NCBI GenBank assembly: GCA_024679065.1
Contig: JAGIQG010000020.1
Location: 18,848,001-18,912,000, forward strand
Length of the DNA stretch: 64,000 bases
From: Sphyrna mokarran
Lineage: Eukaryota
Direction: 5' to 3'
The notes beneath the pieces are model-generated. The model was not told the origin of the DNA and ran no database searches. It saw nothing but the letters and a program-made list of their open reading frames with translations. Positions 11,498-26,660 of this stretch are shown one piece after another. The position numbers were made by a program, and so were the translations under genes. Every line of letters begins with the position of its first letter. The stretch's first letter is position 1.

Positions 11498-14400
11498 ATG
11501 GTAGTGGAGGGGGGGTGCTGGGGCAGAGGGGGGGGGTAAGCATTGAGACAGTTTTACTCCAAGTTACAGATACATATCTTCAGTGTGCATATATTTTAAA
11601 CCACCCTTAACAAGTCAATGAAATTTCCGATATAGAGCGCATCTGTTGAGATGATTTCCTCAGGAACTTTATCTCCAGGGAAAGTTTCCTCGAGTCGGTA
11701 TTTCTTTAAACGAAGTAGCAATACGATTTATAATCAACTATTAAAATAATAACACATTTACTCTAGATTACGAATAAAGAGGACCAAAGATGTGGCGATA
11801 CGAGATGCAAGATTTCCGCGTCAAATTCTAAAATGAACAGCAAGACATCTTTACTCAGAAAGAGCTGGCAAGGTAACTGCCGTGCTTAGATATCCTTAAC
11901 CTTGTGTGTTCAGATGGGACAACAATCCTGGTATCACGTCCCAATGAAAATAAAATGCGCAGACTCTTGGTTCAATAGTAGAGCAAACTCTTTGGGCATG
12001 TTATTGTACTTTAAGGACGATTCGCGCGCAGGTTTGTAATTATTAAAACCTGAAACATCTTGGTTTTCGAATTCAGTCGCTTTATGGAAGTTTGCAAGCG
12101 TGCAAACGTCCAATAGTAACTGCCATTCAAGGACACCTTCGCCCCCCGTGCCTGGTTAGTATCACAGAGAAAAAGAGAGGTGCCGACAGGGTTAATAGCC
12201 AATACACTAGAGCCGTGACTTGACACAGATTCATTTTTTTGCCATCATGGCCAGGCTCTCTCTCACCCTTCTACATCCCTCCCCACCCCATCCCCAACCT
12301 CCCCACACTCACCCCTCCCGTCAGCAGTGATACCCTGAAATCCGCCTGGTGGCTCAGTTTGCGGGGTAGAAATCTCTCACGGAATTTCGCCATCAGTCCT
12401 GTTGCTAAAATATGGGGAGGGGGGTGGGGTGCGCACGGCGTGGCAGTGGGTATACATGAGGAACGGCGGAAGGTATAGCATGACCAGGAAACTCCCAACA
12501 GTTGGTGCTGTCGACTGCGATTTATTCGAGATGAGAAAGTGTGACCTCTGTTTCACATGCCTGGTGTGGATGATCAAAAGAGATTGATGTGACCCCGAGT
12601 CCATGTTTCCCCGACTGTCCCAGTGTTACCCTTAACTGATGAACTGAAGGCTGCTTGGGGCAGTGGCAGGGTTAACATGAACAGAGAGCGCGTTTGGCGC
12701 ACTGAAGCCAACTTGCTGGGTTCCTGATTTTTGGTCGGCTTATGTCTTACTTAAACATTAAAGAGCGATAAATGTACTGGCGATTATAACCAGGTTGTCA
12801 ATGCAAATTGGGGGAAAAAAAGCATGCGTGTCTTTGATAGTTAACAGAAACGACATTCACAGCAAATAGCACATCAGAGACCCAGTCAGAAACGAATAAG
12901 ATGTCTAAAATGGTACAATGGATATTGTACAGAATTGGCTTTGAAAGAATGGTGCACTGATGTATATATCTGTGAAAAGATGCGGCTTTATTGATCAATG
13001 GATGGTATGCAACTTTGCAAGAGTTGGCTCTGTGAAAAACTAGATGGAAGCCGATTAATCAATGTAATCGTGGCATCTGATAGCATGTTGGTCACCGCTC
13101 CCTGATATCCTATTCCCATCCTTCTTGACTGGAGCATGATTAATATTAACCCAGAGGTTTTTTTTTAATACGCGGCACCGCCAGTTGTTAGAAAAACAAA
13201 TCATAAATTTGCGATGCGGAGATCAATTTGCAGGAACGGTTATAAACTTCTCATAATCGGGTTCGACAGCCTGACAATGTAACCGACAACTGGCCACGGT
13301 GTCCTCATGATGTAACGTGACCACGACTTGGAGTCAGCACCCATGGAATGCTTGCGTGAGATGATAGCGAATGCCAAAGTCAAATCCCCAAGTGCAAAAA
13401 AAACTAGGGCAAGCACGTTCCCATCTTTCAACCGTGTTTAATGTAATCATAATCCCTAAATCGGCTGTTCTTAAATTACAGCATCGACTGCATCTCACTG
13501 CTATCCACAGAAAGAATGCGAAGTGTGTGAAATGTCTGGGGCTGGTGGTAGATGCACGCTCCCTCCCCAGCTTGCATCTTCATGGAATGTGATGTTATAT
13601 CTGGGGAAACGTAAACGGATCCCTCGATGTGAATGTGCCGGCAACTCTGAGTGTGATGTCCCCATTCCTCCCCCCCACAACTCCCTCTCCCTCCACCCCC
13701 CGATATTAGTAACACAGAAAATCCATGGGTACATTGGACACTGGAGCCAATTTGCTGGTTAATAATTGATTGGGAAGGGGAAAATTTTGGAGCCAGGAAT
13801 TTCTGCTTGTACAATTCTGCGCGCAGACATCTTCGCTATTTCTCCCCCTATATGTCTCTGTTTATCCCTCTGTCTGTTACTCTGTCTCCCAGTCTGCCTC
13901 TCGTTCTGTCGTGTGAGAGGGAAAGGCTTCGTCGGGGGTGGGGGGGAGGGTAGGGAGTGGAATGATGAAGGTCAGTTAACTTATATTCTTGCCGCTGTAA
14001 CCATTGAATCTGTACATGGTTCCACAATGATCTGAATGGATAGCAGATATCCACATGGCGCCTTCAACAGCTGATTGTTTGAACGAAGTGAATTGAAATA
14101 TCACAAAATTACGTGCAGTGAAATGTATAATTCTTGGGGTTCTTTAAGTTGTGATTATGGCATATAATCATATGTCATACGACAGCTTCCTGTCGAGAAT
14201 TTAATCATTTTCTTTCATGCAATACTTAAACATTTGACCATAGATAGCACTCGTTACTTTACTTATTAGTCAATGCTTTGTTTGTCTTGAATTAAGGTTT
14301 CATAAAATCGATAACACAATACAGATTTCAATGTGCACTCCACCTGATCTGGGTGAATTCAACACTTAGCCACTGAAAGAATCCCGGCTGCGACCATGCA

Positions 14401-14554
14401 TAGGAGACATTTGAAACACATTCAACTACATATGCCGGGAAAGGGGATACTTGCAAGAGCAGCCAGTGTCGCTGCCAATTGTTGTTCTGAGTGGCACAGA
14501 ACATTGCACCGGGTACTGAAGCCGGCTGCTGCCTACACGTGAAAGCAATGTTTG

Positions 14555-14840
14555 TTTTTGTTTGGGACGTGGGCATCGCTGGCTGGGCCAGCACTTATCA
14601 CCCATTACTAACTACCCTTGATGGAGGCAGTTGGTGTAGGCCAGACCATGGAAGGATTTCCCTCCCTGAAAGGACATTAGCGAATCAGACGGAGTTTCTG
14701 ACAACAGTCGACAATGGTTTACTGGTTAGACTTTTAATTTCAGATTTTTGAATCCAAATGTCATCATCTGCAGTGATGGGATTTGAATCTTGGGATCAGA
14801 TTCTCTGAGTTTCTATTTATTAGCCCAGTGCCAATACCAG
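14555..14840 (-). mobile_element. SacSINE1/DeuSINE-like SINE, degenerate
   Basis: Reverse complement of the 51.4-51.8 kb element (TGGGACGTGGGCATCGCTGGCTGGGCCAGCA; GATTTCCCTCCCTGAAAGGACATTAG). Confidence 0.7.
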
Positions 14841-15711
14841 TATCCTAGCATTTCCCCAGGTGACGTGTGTAATTATTCAGAACATGATATAATATGGGCG
14901 GAAATCGGCTGGATAATGTGGGTTGGTTATAATGAAAAAAAACGCGTTTATGAGAGTGTCCCTCAAGAAAGACAGACCCATGGTCTCTGGGCCTCTCTTA
15001 TGTATTCCCCCAGTTATAGTTGATTCGTTTCTAGGCGGAAGCGGTCTTTAAACGTTGACAAGTTTAAATGAATTTAATGTTTGCTCCATTCCCAGCCAAA
15101 ATCCACAACAAGTCAAATTTGTTAATCTTCCTCTCTGGTGGTCAGACCTATGCTTGGCTTTGCCAAACAGTTATTACCCTGCGTATTTTTCAATCAGCCA
15201 CTTTCAGTTACAGCACTTCTGTACTCTGTTTCATTTCAGTTCGAGCATATAGCTTACTCCCTTGTGCACTTTCCCCATCCGTGAAGGGTTTATTTCCTGT
15301 TATAATTTCCCAGTTTAACTTTGCATCCTGCTTGGACATTTTGCGGAAATTAACATCGAAAATGTGGCTCCAGCTCTCAGTAAAACGCCGCTTTGCTATT
15401 AGGTGGAGTGCGGAGTTCAGTATTGTCACCTGCATAGTTTGCACATTATGTGTGACTGTCTCTCGCGGAATCATCTGGGACGGTGCCCAATTTTTAGAAT
15501 TAGCGCCTAAACCTACGTGGCATGCGTAGAACAATTGTCATTGTATTTAATTTGGTTTCAAAGTGGGAAGCCCAACAACAAAAAAAAACCGGAAGATAAA
15601 GGAAAACGTAAATTATTGATGAAAATGTTGAAACTAGAGTTTCCTTGCTGGCTTTTCTCCAATTGCCGATAAGATTTATAAACTATTTTGGCGAGAACTG
15701 GCGACAGCTGT

Positions 15712-15826
15712 AGGGCGGCTGCCTCACCGCGCCAGGGACCTGATTGGATTCCCGGCTTGAGTCACTATGTGAAGTTTGCCCGTTCTCTCCGTGTCTGTGT
15801 GGGTTTCTTTCAGGTCTCCCGCCACC

Positions 15827-15868
<42 letters not shown>

Positions 15869-16038
15869 CCAACACACCACAGTCTAAAGATGTACAGGTT
15901 AGACGCATTGGCCATGCTAAATTCTCTTTCAGTGTACCCGAACAGGCACAGGAATATGGCGACTAGCGGATTTTTTTACAGTAACTTCATTACAGTATAA
16001 ATGTGAGCCCACTTGTGGACCAATAAACTTTAACTTTT
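15712..16038 (+). mobile_element. V-SINE-like SINE, tail type B, with internal C40 run
   Basis: Same head and core; tail GTGTACCCGAACAGG...GGCGACTAG...CAGTAACTTCATT...AATAAACTTT; poly-C 15828-15867. Confidence 0.85.
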
Positions 16039-19000
16039 GCATTAAACATAGAAACACACCTGTACAGATGTACTATAATACAAAGAACATTAAAATGTTT
16101 ACTCCCCATTAAACATGAAACTTCAAAGCTTCGCTACAACAATGTCCATTCAATAACGTGTAAAATTTATTCATCTGTTGTGCTCTTTACACGTCCGAGT
16201 TATTTATGAACGGGTGGAGGGTGGGAGGGGGGAGAACTGCATGTGCACCTAAGCTTTGATTTTTCCAATAAGGCACTAGAATCATTGTGCTGGTTAATAA
16301 GTTTTTGATTAAATGGCTGCACTTTTAATTTGTTCTGTCTTCGGAGTTGCCTAATCATGTTCCAAAGTGCGGGGACTGGTGTCCTTACTGAGCCCTCTCA
16401 TACATTACCCTAAACAAAAAGTGACTTTATCTGGCGGGATCGTGCGCAGCGTGTTTCCACTAGCAGGCCGAGATTCTCTCATCTTTTCCAGCAAGTGCCT
16501 TGTCCTCACTGCCTCCGCGGAGTTGGGGGAAACTGGCGTGGAGGCAGCTGTTTAAGAGATATGGCTTAACTTTAAAAAAAATTGGCAAGCTTCTCATATT
16601 TTGAAATGACGTTGAGCATTATGCGAAATTACTCGCCACTTGTTTTATACATAAGCACCCTGTCCTCTCCTCAAAATAACTTGGAGGACCAAGCCTTGAA
16701 TATTTGGGAAGATTGAAAGCATGCCGTGTTCCCAAATGGTGCTTTGATATTAAAATAATTGACTAAAAAAAGACAGCATTTAAAGTTGTACGAAAGGCAG
16801 CTTTTTTTTCCACACTTTTCCGTGAACTTGCCCTTTCTAACGTCGGATCCGGTTCCCTGAGATAATGTATCGGGTTAATACGCCTTATGATTTGAATTAA
16901 AGAGGCATAAACATATTCCTTTTAAAACTAGCTTCAGGCAACAACACGTTAAAGTACGGACTTTATTTTCCTTGTAAGAATGAGATATTCGAAATCATTT
17001 AAGGCGTCGGTAATAAATAATGTTCCTATTGCTGTGCAAATTCAGAAACTTCACAATTCATTGAATATCTCTCCATTGAATTGAAGGCGCTGTCAGCTGT
17101 CCCAAGTTTAGACTGACTGAAGACTTTCAAGCAACCTTAATATAGTCTAGGAGTAAGCACATAAACTTGTACAACAAATAGTGCAAGATTTATCTATAGG
17201 TGGATCACATATAAATAAAGAGCTGTGGAGGTAGGTTCTGGATGCAGGAATAATTATCATGGCAGCAAACCTGCAGGTATTTATTCATTTAAAAGATTTG
17301 TAATGGTTCTGGGGAAAATCTGCAACATCTAAGAAGATAAACAGGCTTAAACAGCTGGACTCTGACATCATTCGTGTTGTAAAGGAACAAAGGAGATTAG
17401 TAATGGGCTGCATTTTTTTTGGAGATTTCCATGAATGTGATCATATTCACATTCTCCTCATTTTCTATGTTATAGATCTTGATTGCGACATTGGTGTAAT
17501 CAAATCCATTATATATATTGCTGGAGGAAGAGAACTCCATCCGGACCTCAGCAACAGCGGCCCCTGTTAAAGCTGTTTTAACTTTCTTCACTCTCTTTTA
17601 AGAATTCAAAAGCTGGAAATGGTACACGTCTAGCAATTAATAGTTAGCAGTTAAAATGATGCCGGAGTGTAAACAACAATAACTTATCGTTGCAGCTAAA
17701 CAATAAGTCAGAAAATTTTCATAGCAGAGCTGCATTTTTGTGAGGCAATCTGGGTTTCTTTGGATCGAGCCAGCAGCACTGTTTTACCATTATTCACATC
17801 TCCCTTATTATTGAAAAAAGCCCCTAAAGTCTATAACATCTTAGGTTGTTGATGTAAAGAATTGAAAATGCTCCATGTTGATGTGGCCCTAAAATTGTGT
17901 CTATTGAACAAACATCTACGACAGAGCTCACCTTATTCCTTGTATATTATGAAAATTAGATCTGAACATAACAACGTGCTTCATTATTTGTTTCACATTT
18001 ACAGGTTTCCTACACTAAAAGCATGTTGTACGATTATGGTAAGATTGTTAACTATTATTACATCGATACGTAATATGCTGAAAACATAACTTGTTCTTCT
18101 CTAACGTAAAGAGACTATGATTCATGCAAATGACAAAGTTGTATTCTATTAGGAAGACAGAAATTGAAAATGATAGTAGAATTTTCTGGTCCAAATGGCA
18201 ATGAATTGTAAATGGCAACATATCTTGTCTCTTGTGGTGGAACAGTAAGCTCTAAAGGACTTTATTGCGAATGTGTGAGGCGTTGTAGATATGAATCATA
18301 CGATGATATTGGCCTGGTAGTTCTGTTTGCTTGAATAATCTCGTAATCTCTCTCTCTCTCAGGCAGAGTTCTGATTTACAAATGCCGACACTAATGTTAA
18401 ACAACCTTACTATATATTTTCCTCTTTTCCCGATTGTTGGTTGTGCTTTTTAATGATATGTTTTCTTCGAGTCGAATTCATTATCACCAAATGATGCATT
18501 GAATAATTGAATTCAAATGAATAATGAATAATTTGACAATCGATATATTAAAACCGGATTAATCATCATGCACAGAGTGCCACTTCTGTTTTACTGATCC
18601 AGCCCTGAAAGCAGAGTTTACTTGCCCACAATGAGCCAGTTAACAATAATTATTCTGCATAAAATACCCTGACTTTAACAAAAGCAAAATCAGTCCCAGC
18701 AATGCACTAACTGGAGGATAAACATGATGTAGTGATCAATCAACATGTAAATATATTTATTTTATTAATGAGGTCAGAAAAACACTAACATTTCAAAAAT
18801 TCAAAAACGTATAGAGATTTTAACATGGCAATGCTCCAAACTGCAAATGTGATTATGTTGTGTCTTGTTAGTGGGAGTGTGAAATAATTATTTTGATGTG
18901 CATGTGAAGTTTCAAGGATTATTTTGAAATGAGGTTCGATAAAGCCGAAAATACGTGAAACATTTCGCAAACAATTGGTGCACATCCTGAAAATGTAAAA

Positions 19001-22000
19001 TGCATGTTACAATATGCTATATTGTTACGTGAAAATTAGTTTAAAAAATTTTGAGGTCATAATGCCGGAAGAACAATTGGGAGAAAGCGAGTCCGTTGGT
19101 AAATATTTGGAGAAAGTGTTTCAAGAAGTGTAGTCAGATAAATATGAGGCCCTTTATGGGATTGTGCTACTCCGGCTGGTGGGGGGCAGGAGGGGGGTGG
19201 ATGGAGCGGAAAGACAAGTAATGAATGTCTGGTGAAGGACAGTTGTTGGGATGTCAGGTGGTATTTTCCTGAAATCTTTAAATGACGGTGACAGTGGGGG
19301 CATTAGTTTCTCTAGCCTCTCATGTGCTTACTGATCCAGAACGGTTTGGTCTAGCTTAATGGAATCATTAGGCTACTTGTGTGTGAATACGGTGGCTGAG
19401 TGGCCTGGCTCCACTTTGACCAATGTGATGAATGTTTTCAACAGCCCTATAGGATGGCAACGGCCCCTGCGAAGTGGTAATGTGTTCGCCTTGCACAACA
19501 GATATGACGAGTTGGAAAAGAGGGGTGTGCGGTTGAACAGGATTCCTTTGACGTCTGGTTAATATCTTGACACTGAAATGTCCATCGGGTGGGACATTTG
19601 GGTAATTGTGTAAGGGTTATTTGTTTGGGGTACCTTGGACATAGATCACCATTGATGCTGTCAGGGCAACCTCTCCCTATTTGGCAACAAGAGTTCAGCT
19701 ACACACCCCTTTAGCAATCAAGATCTAGAACAAGAAAACACAGCAATTATGATAGTATTTGAAACTTAAATATTTGTCTTTCTGTGCCAGTGTGGTTTCT
19801 GGTGATAAAACAATACGTATGTTTATTAGCTTGTTTGGATCGTCTCGTCCATTTAAAGTTACAAAGTATGGCCGATGAGTCCCAGACAGACTGGCACCAG
19901 TGGTCATCTCTGTAGGCAATAGGCCTGTCAGTTTAAGCCATAGGACAGGTGTAAATCTCGCTGACATTCCACAATTCCACCCCGTGTCCTTACCTGAAGC
20001 TAAACTCAATTATGACTTGGAGCAACTCAACTATATTTTTTCTAACACACTGATCACAATGATGAAGTCCAGATTAGTGATAATGAAGACCGTGTTCGAT
20101 GCGGCAATTGTACAATCCGCAGCATCGGTTAAGCAGCAGGTTCGTTTAGATATATGTACTATCAGACAATAAAAATAAGCAGCAATATTCCAGCCTCCCA
20201 AACATTTGGACGCACTTTTAGTTGCTATTCATTGATCTTGATTGGGTCTCACATACACAAAGTAAAACTTACGACGGAAAATCAGCAATTCAGAGCTTTT
20301 AAACATTGCATTGGCATTCCACACACCGAAGGAGTTAATTCTCTTAAGTGCTAGGAATTAGTCCATCCTTTAAGAGCCCAACAGGCCGGCACGTTTCCTC
20401 ATTTTTTTTAATGTATAGTACAGTACAGTATTATCGAACTGAAATGAATTAAAGAACCACTTAAAGAGTTCAGTGCTTAAATGTTACATTTAATTTGATT
20501 ATAATACTTCTCGAGAGGTTTATGTTAGTTTGGGGGTTGAACCTATTCTGAATTCTGCTCCTGTCTAATGAGTTGATCCTAACTAGTGGCTCCGTAACTA
20601 TCAAATCTTTAGGAAGAAAAAGCTCTTGTTTGTACTTTAGGTTCTGCTCACCTTCATTTTAATTTCTACCATTTAAGATTATCCAAGAATGGATGTACTT
20701 AATGACAGTAGGTAATTCTCAAATAATATCGCCGTGGTTATTTAATTCTTCCCCCTTCTGGAGTACGTTTATTTAAAAGGTAATGTGTCGCTCATAGAGT
20801 ATTTACTTATTTTTTTTCTCTATATATGCTCCACTAGTTAACAGTTCATTCATCTTGCGCTTTCATTGGACTTATCCATATTTTACACCTAAAATCTTCG
20901 CGTGTTTGTGTCTTATATTTTCTTTTTCTCTCCCCAATATATATTTAAAACAGAAATAGGACTGTGCAAACGCCAGCATCATATGAGGCACACCAACAAA
21001 GAAATAAGCAAGAATTTTTGTCAGTTTAGTTTAATGTAGTCCACGTTAGTAATACCGATGTAATTTTGCGTCACCGAGTTTCTCCCCCTACCCCGTCTCG
21101 TTTCTCAGTTCCTACTAAACCCCCTTCCCTCCCCCCCACCCCCTCCCCCCTCCACCCGCAACTCTTCGCCTCACCACCATCAAACACACACAACTTCACA
21201 ACGCTGGAGTGCAACTGGAACTAGCTCTATCACGTGTGTTGCTTAACTGAAACTTCTCTGAACCTCGCGTTTCCCCCCAGTCAGTGCTGCCTGCTGTAAC
21301 TGCGAAACAATCGCCAGCATTTGCAGTGCCAAGAAGGGTCTAATTACGGCTTGGAGATAAACACTTCACATTTATAAGGGAAGTAAGTCCCTAAATATGT
21401 AACAAGCCCACTACAGAAATATAATTGAAAATTCCCTTTGAAGTTTTACATCCGAGCAGGCTTTTAAAAAGAATAAGATGTTATATGCAATAAAGTTTTG
21501 TTTTAGAAAAAAATATATATATAACATGCACTTTGTGCTGTTTGTGCAGAGAACGAAGCCAAGTACTGAGTGCCCACGTTGATTGTGAATTGTTCCCAAA
21601 GATGTGCTCAGACTGAGATAATGAGGGCTGCGATCGTCCAGATCCCTTTACCTTTTCCCAGGATTGAGCTGTCGCCAGAGCACAAAACGACAGTGTAACA
21701 GTGCACCACGCTACTCACATCCAATTTGTTCCGTACAAAAGCTGATCTCTAAATCCGCACTAACAAAGCGGTACTCGGAGACAAATCATATAATGTTCAA
21801 TTTTATTCATTTTCGACTAATTAACTGGAATCCCACCTTCTCTCATACAGTCTCCAATTAATTTGCAATGTATGTCAGAGGTCGTTAGACTTCCAGTGAA
21901 GCTTTGTTAAGATTTTGTCTCTCTCCCTATATTGATCTTATTAAGGCATTTCTTCTTCGTGCAAAAGGTCGCAGAGACTTTTTTTTTACCGCCCCAGTCT

Positions 22001-25000
22001 TTAACTTGAAGCGTTGATAATAGGATTCGCGTCTGGGGCACAGAGTTTAAAGCGGTGTGTGTCGTTGCTGTTTGGAGGGCGGTTCAAAATACAGTGCTGT
22101 CGAGTAAGCCCAGCGACCGGATATTATCGGGTCGAGGCAAAGCAACCCTCATTTGAAAAAAAACCTAATTAACGCGTGGATAATTTAGATACGATCGGGC
22201 AAATATGAAATATAACTTATGCTGGAAATGCCTTATGAGTACAACATGCTAATAGGATTAATTAGCATAAATGTACAGTCGGACACACTTTGAAGCCAGC
22301 ATTGCTTTGAATAACGTGTAGCGCTCTAATTAAGACTGAGCGCGGACTCGCCTTCACTGTAAGTAGCAAGGGGAGACAACTGCAGAGTTTGTATCAAAAG
22401 ATTATTTCAGACTGCATAATGAGGCAGAAAATACGTTTTAAAAGTAATAGCAATGTTGCAGCCGCTGCAATAAAGTAAATTTAGTCTTTCTTTCCGTTAT
22501 TAATTGGCTAAGCTGAGGTGTAACATTATAAAATCGATTTTACTGACTGCATCGACTGCAGTTTCGAACCGTCTGACCTTTGAATTGATTGACGTTAACC
22601 TGGTGAAAATACCATTAAGCAGGTCAGTCCATGAGTTCTGTTACTTATCCAGAAAAAAGAGAACTAACAATTAATAAAACAAAACATGCCAGGATTGAAG
22701 AATCGACCAACGCTCTAACAAATGGAGACAATCTGAATCCAAGTTCTTTGAAAGTGCCGGCGGACGGTATTCCAAAGTGTCTAAAAATTAAACCCCATAC
22801 AGGGTTTTATTAAACGTTATAATTTAAGGTATTGGGACTGCCGGCCTCCATCTTTAAGATTTCAATTGAAATTTTTGAAAAAAAAATGTATTAATCAGTT
22901 TGACTGACGTTCATATATCATCGGGGCAACTAAATAGCCCCGTGGAAATTATAGTAACACTGCCAAAAGGGCGAACCTACAACAGAGAAACTGAACTTCG
23001 GATGAACTTTTTTTAAAAAACGTTAAAAGGACTCTGACGCGAAGCTGTGACCCGCAGAAGGTGCAGCAAGTTTGAGCCAAGGGGTCCTGGCAAGACAGCA
23101 AGCGGCTGATTTATATTATCGGGTGCGTATGGCACATTGATATTTTTAACTAACATGGCTATAATATTTCACAATTGAATATTGTACATCTTTGCGCTGA
23201 TTAACATCCCCACCCCTACCCGCAGAGCAATAAAGAACTATAGAACATTTGCCCCTACTCTGTCAAATCTTGGGTTGAGTAAGCAGAGAACCCAAAGACA
23301 GCGCCATCAAGCGATAGACGGCTGCTATTTCTCGGGGGAGCAATTTGGCCTACGGTGGCTAAAGAGGTACCACAGGACGTTTTTGGCGCTGTTACAAAAG
23401 ATATGTATATCTTGAACAGCACAGCTAAAGCACAAGGCTTTTATTTTTTACTAAACGTATCCCCGCCAGTTTACTATTGCTTCCTCATTATCTTCTAAAT
23501 GACGAACGATTACCACTATTTATAATATTTACATCTGCACAAGTATTTGAAAGACATCGTTATAAAACTTACCGTTGACATTTCAATTTCTTTCGACGTC
23601 AAGTAGCGAATGCTTTTAAGTATTTCTGCAATGTGACGTTTGCATTTTTTTGTATGCTCTGTCTACAACTAACACAAGCCCATCCGGTTGAGCTGCTTTT
23701 TAGTAAATACCCGTCCTTGTTACAATGATGAAGAATTCTGTTATACATGTCACACATCCAAACGACCGATATTTACACCTGCGGAGTGATGATGGGCCTA
23801 AGTACATTGCAATTAAGTGAATTGTAAATCTTTTCCGTATGTTTAAAAAAAAAGCAAGAGAATCATCTGTCTTTAATAAATTCTAACAACAGGCCCTGCT
23901 ACACACGATGTGGCAGGCACCAATCTGTTTGCTTTACACAATTTGCGCAGAGCAGTGAATGCAAGGGACGGTTACTGGAGAACCATGACTCAAACGGAAA
24001 CAAAGTGAGAATTTTCGTCAATTCTTTTATGATGGAAATGGGGTTTGCGAACATTTAAAGGGGCTATTCCAGAAAAAAACCTTCAAATATAATCATGACA
24101 CAACCCTATTCCTCACAACACTATCTGCCTTTGATAGCAGTTGGGTCGCTTGTAACTGCATCCTTAACGCATTAAACGTTACCATGAAAATAAAGCACTA
24201 CCAATGACACGTGTTTTTATGGATCACGTTAGAGTTAGTAACTCTTAAAGAAGGGAAAAAAGGCATTTGTATGTTCGGCACGCGAGCTAATTTGTTCTGG
24301 GTATCAGTAGTTAATGGTCACTAAAGGTGAATAAAGGTTACCTTTGCCTGTGTGTGAAGCGTCTGAATGCTTACTTACTGTGTAAACATCCAGATCTTCT
24401 TTTTCTGGGGGTTAATTTATATTATTCTTGATCGTTTACTTTAATGTTTTCGACAGTATCTGCGTTACCACCTTATTTATGATCCACCTTTCATTTTATT
24501 CTGGGCTACTCTGCAGGGTAGACTACAAGCCATGTTAAGAGTATAATTCACTTCAATTTGTGGTAACTGACAAACAGCATATCAGTCAACAACGGGCAAT
24601 ATTATGATGCACTGTACTCTCACTCGGTGCGAGATGTGCAACATGTTTTGAACGTCAGTGCCTATTACACGAACAAAGACGGGAGTGTCGAAAGTTAAAC
24701 GATCAGATATGAATTTTACTACATGGCCTTTGGTTGTTTAGTGATTTCTGAAAAGCGCTTTTAACCCTTACTATCAATTTCTGCTCGCATTAGTACAGGT
24801 TATGCATTGAAGCTTTCTGTTCGTCGGTAAAATGGGCCGAGACAAGACACGTGTCTATCAGAATCACATAAAAATTTACATCAATTGTCTAAACAATTAA
24901 TGTCGGTGTACACTGCACGCCTTTTAATGACCCCTTCCTCCCCCAAAATATTACATACATGCAATTCTATTAACAAATCCTTCGCTACCGGATTAAAACA

Positions 25001-26641
25001 ATAATCTCACTCCACCAGGCCAATGATGAGTTATCAAGTGTTTTGTTCCAAGGTAAACGTATTTATTAAACCCGAAGTAATACGGACATTAAAAGCTGCA
25101 CAGCAAGTAAAGCTACATTTTATATTTTGGGGTATTCTGAAAAGTTGTCATTTTGCATACTTGTAAGTATAGATTTATTAATGCATAAAGTATAATAATA
25201 CAATATAGTATCTATTACTTAATGCCACTATGATCTGTAGGTAATAACTTTCAAACTTAAATATTGGGTCACTATTTAAATAAAAGAATTGACCACATAT
25301 TCATAATGAAGCATCATTAAATTTCCTTTTGGATTTGAATTACAGAGGCAAAATATTGAATGTTTAAACATTTAAGTTCTGGACAACACATTTGAGAAAA
25401 TATTGTCGTGGATATAATTCAAATATTTGTTTTTTATCTTCCAGATAGTAAATGTATTATTTTCTATGCTATTACAATAAACTATTCTGGATCAATTTAA
25501 CAAACAAACATATCTGAAATGTACCACTTAGTGCATGCTGTGTTTCCTAATGGGTGAATGAGCATATAGTTTCTTAAACACAATCAGCATTATTATTTTA
25601 ATGTAATGTAGAATATTGTGCAGGAAGATGGCAAGTTGCTTTAAAGAAGTAGATCTGAGTGTGAAATGGTTTGTTGGCATTACTGTTGCCCATCAACTAA
25701 TAGGGCAATGCCAACTGCTACCACCCTAGTGGGCATTTCAATAATCCATTGCTGCAACAAATGGTAATGTGCTGGGACAGCAGAAATTATGAAAAGAACA
25801 TATCTACATGTCAACAATAAAAAAAATAAGACAGATGAATAGACGTAACTTTGAAACACAGATAGACCATTTCAATCTTGCTGTACCATCCAATCAAATA
25901 AGATTGCAAAGCCGTCTTAGAAACATCTACATGAGCCTAAAGTAAATTTAGTTTCAACTTTGCTATGCTACCAAGTCTATACATTTTCAAAATAAATGTC
26001 ACTTTAATACAGTGTACGTGCAGAAAATGTTTGTTGGGAGGAACACAAGTGATAACATGTTTTTTTTAAATCTATGAACGTGCACCTTTTGTCTCAACAT
26101 TGAACTATATCAGTGGTGAAGAATATTCATTTTGAAATCATTAGGATATAGTCAGCCAAGTTTAAGCCATTCCTTCTGCAAAACTTCTGGAGAACATCCT
26201 ACGTATCACTGTCCAATTTGACATTCATAGAAGTTTCATAGATGTTGTGACCTTTACTGAGTATGTTAGAACAAAACAGAGTTTAATTCATTGAGAATTA
26301 ATTATCACAGGCGGGCAAACACTGGCTGATCCACTTTTAAAATATGCATTCTGCTAGTATAATAGAATTATACCACAAATTTGGGTTAATGTGGAAGAGC
26401 AACGGTTGATGTCTTCACACAAACTCTTAAACTTTCTTTCCTGTGCCTTCAGGGGGAATCGATTATGAATTTCAAGGTAGACACGTCGTTAATAAATCCC
26501 CTCCAAAATGATGCCTTTTTGTTTATCAGCAATGCCATCAACTTCATAGTGCGGATCGCCCGGTATACTCCAAAAAGGAGACCTAGTGTCTGAGCATAAA
26601 ACTGATTAAGAAATGACGATACTGATCGTGCGTATTGGTGC

Positions 26642-26660
26642 GGGGGGGGGGGGGGGGGGG
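26642..26660. repeat. G19 homopolymer
   Basis: Direct count. Confidence 0.9.

Noticed and set aside
15068-15534. 153-aa and 108-aa overlapping ORFs
   Set aside because: No recognisable domain or splice context; composition typical of non-coding DNA.
15683-16000. Poly-Pro/poly-Gly ORFs
   Set aside because: Artefact of a C40 run inside a SINE.
19100-19720. Old LINE remnant (also 4900-5500 and 5940-6190)
   Set aside because: Too decayed to translate or delimit with confidence.
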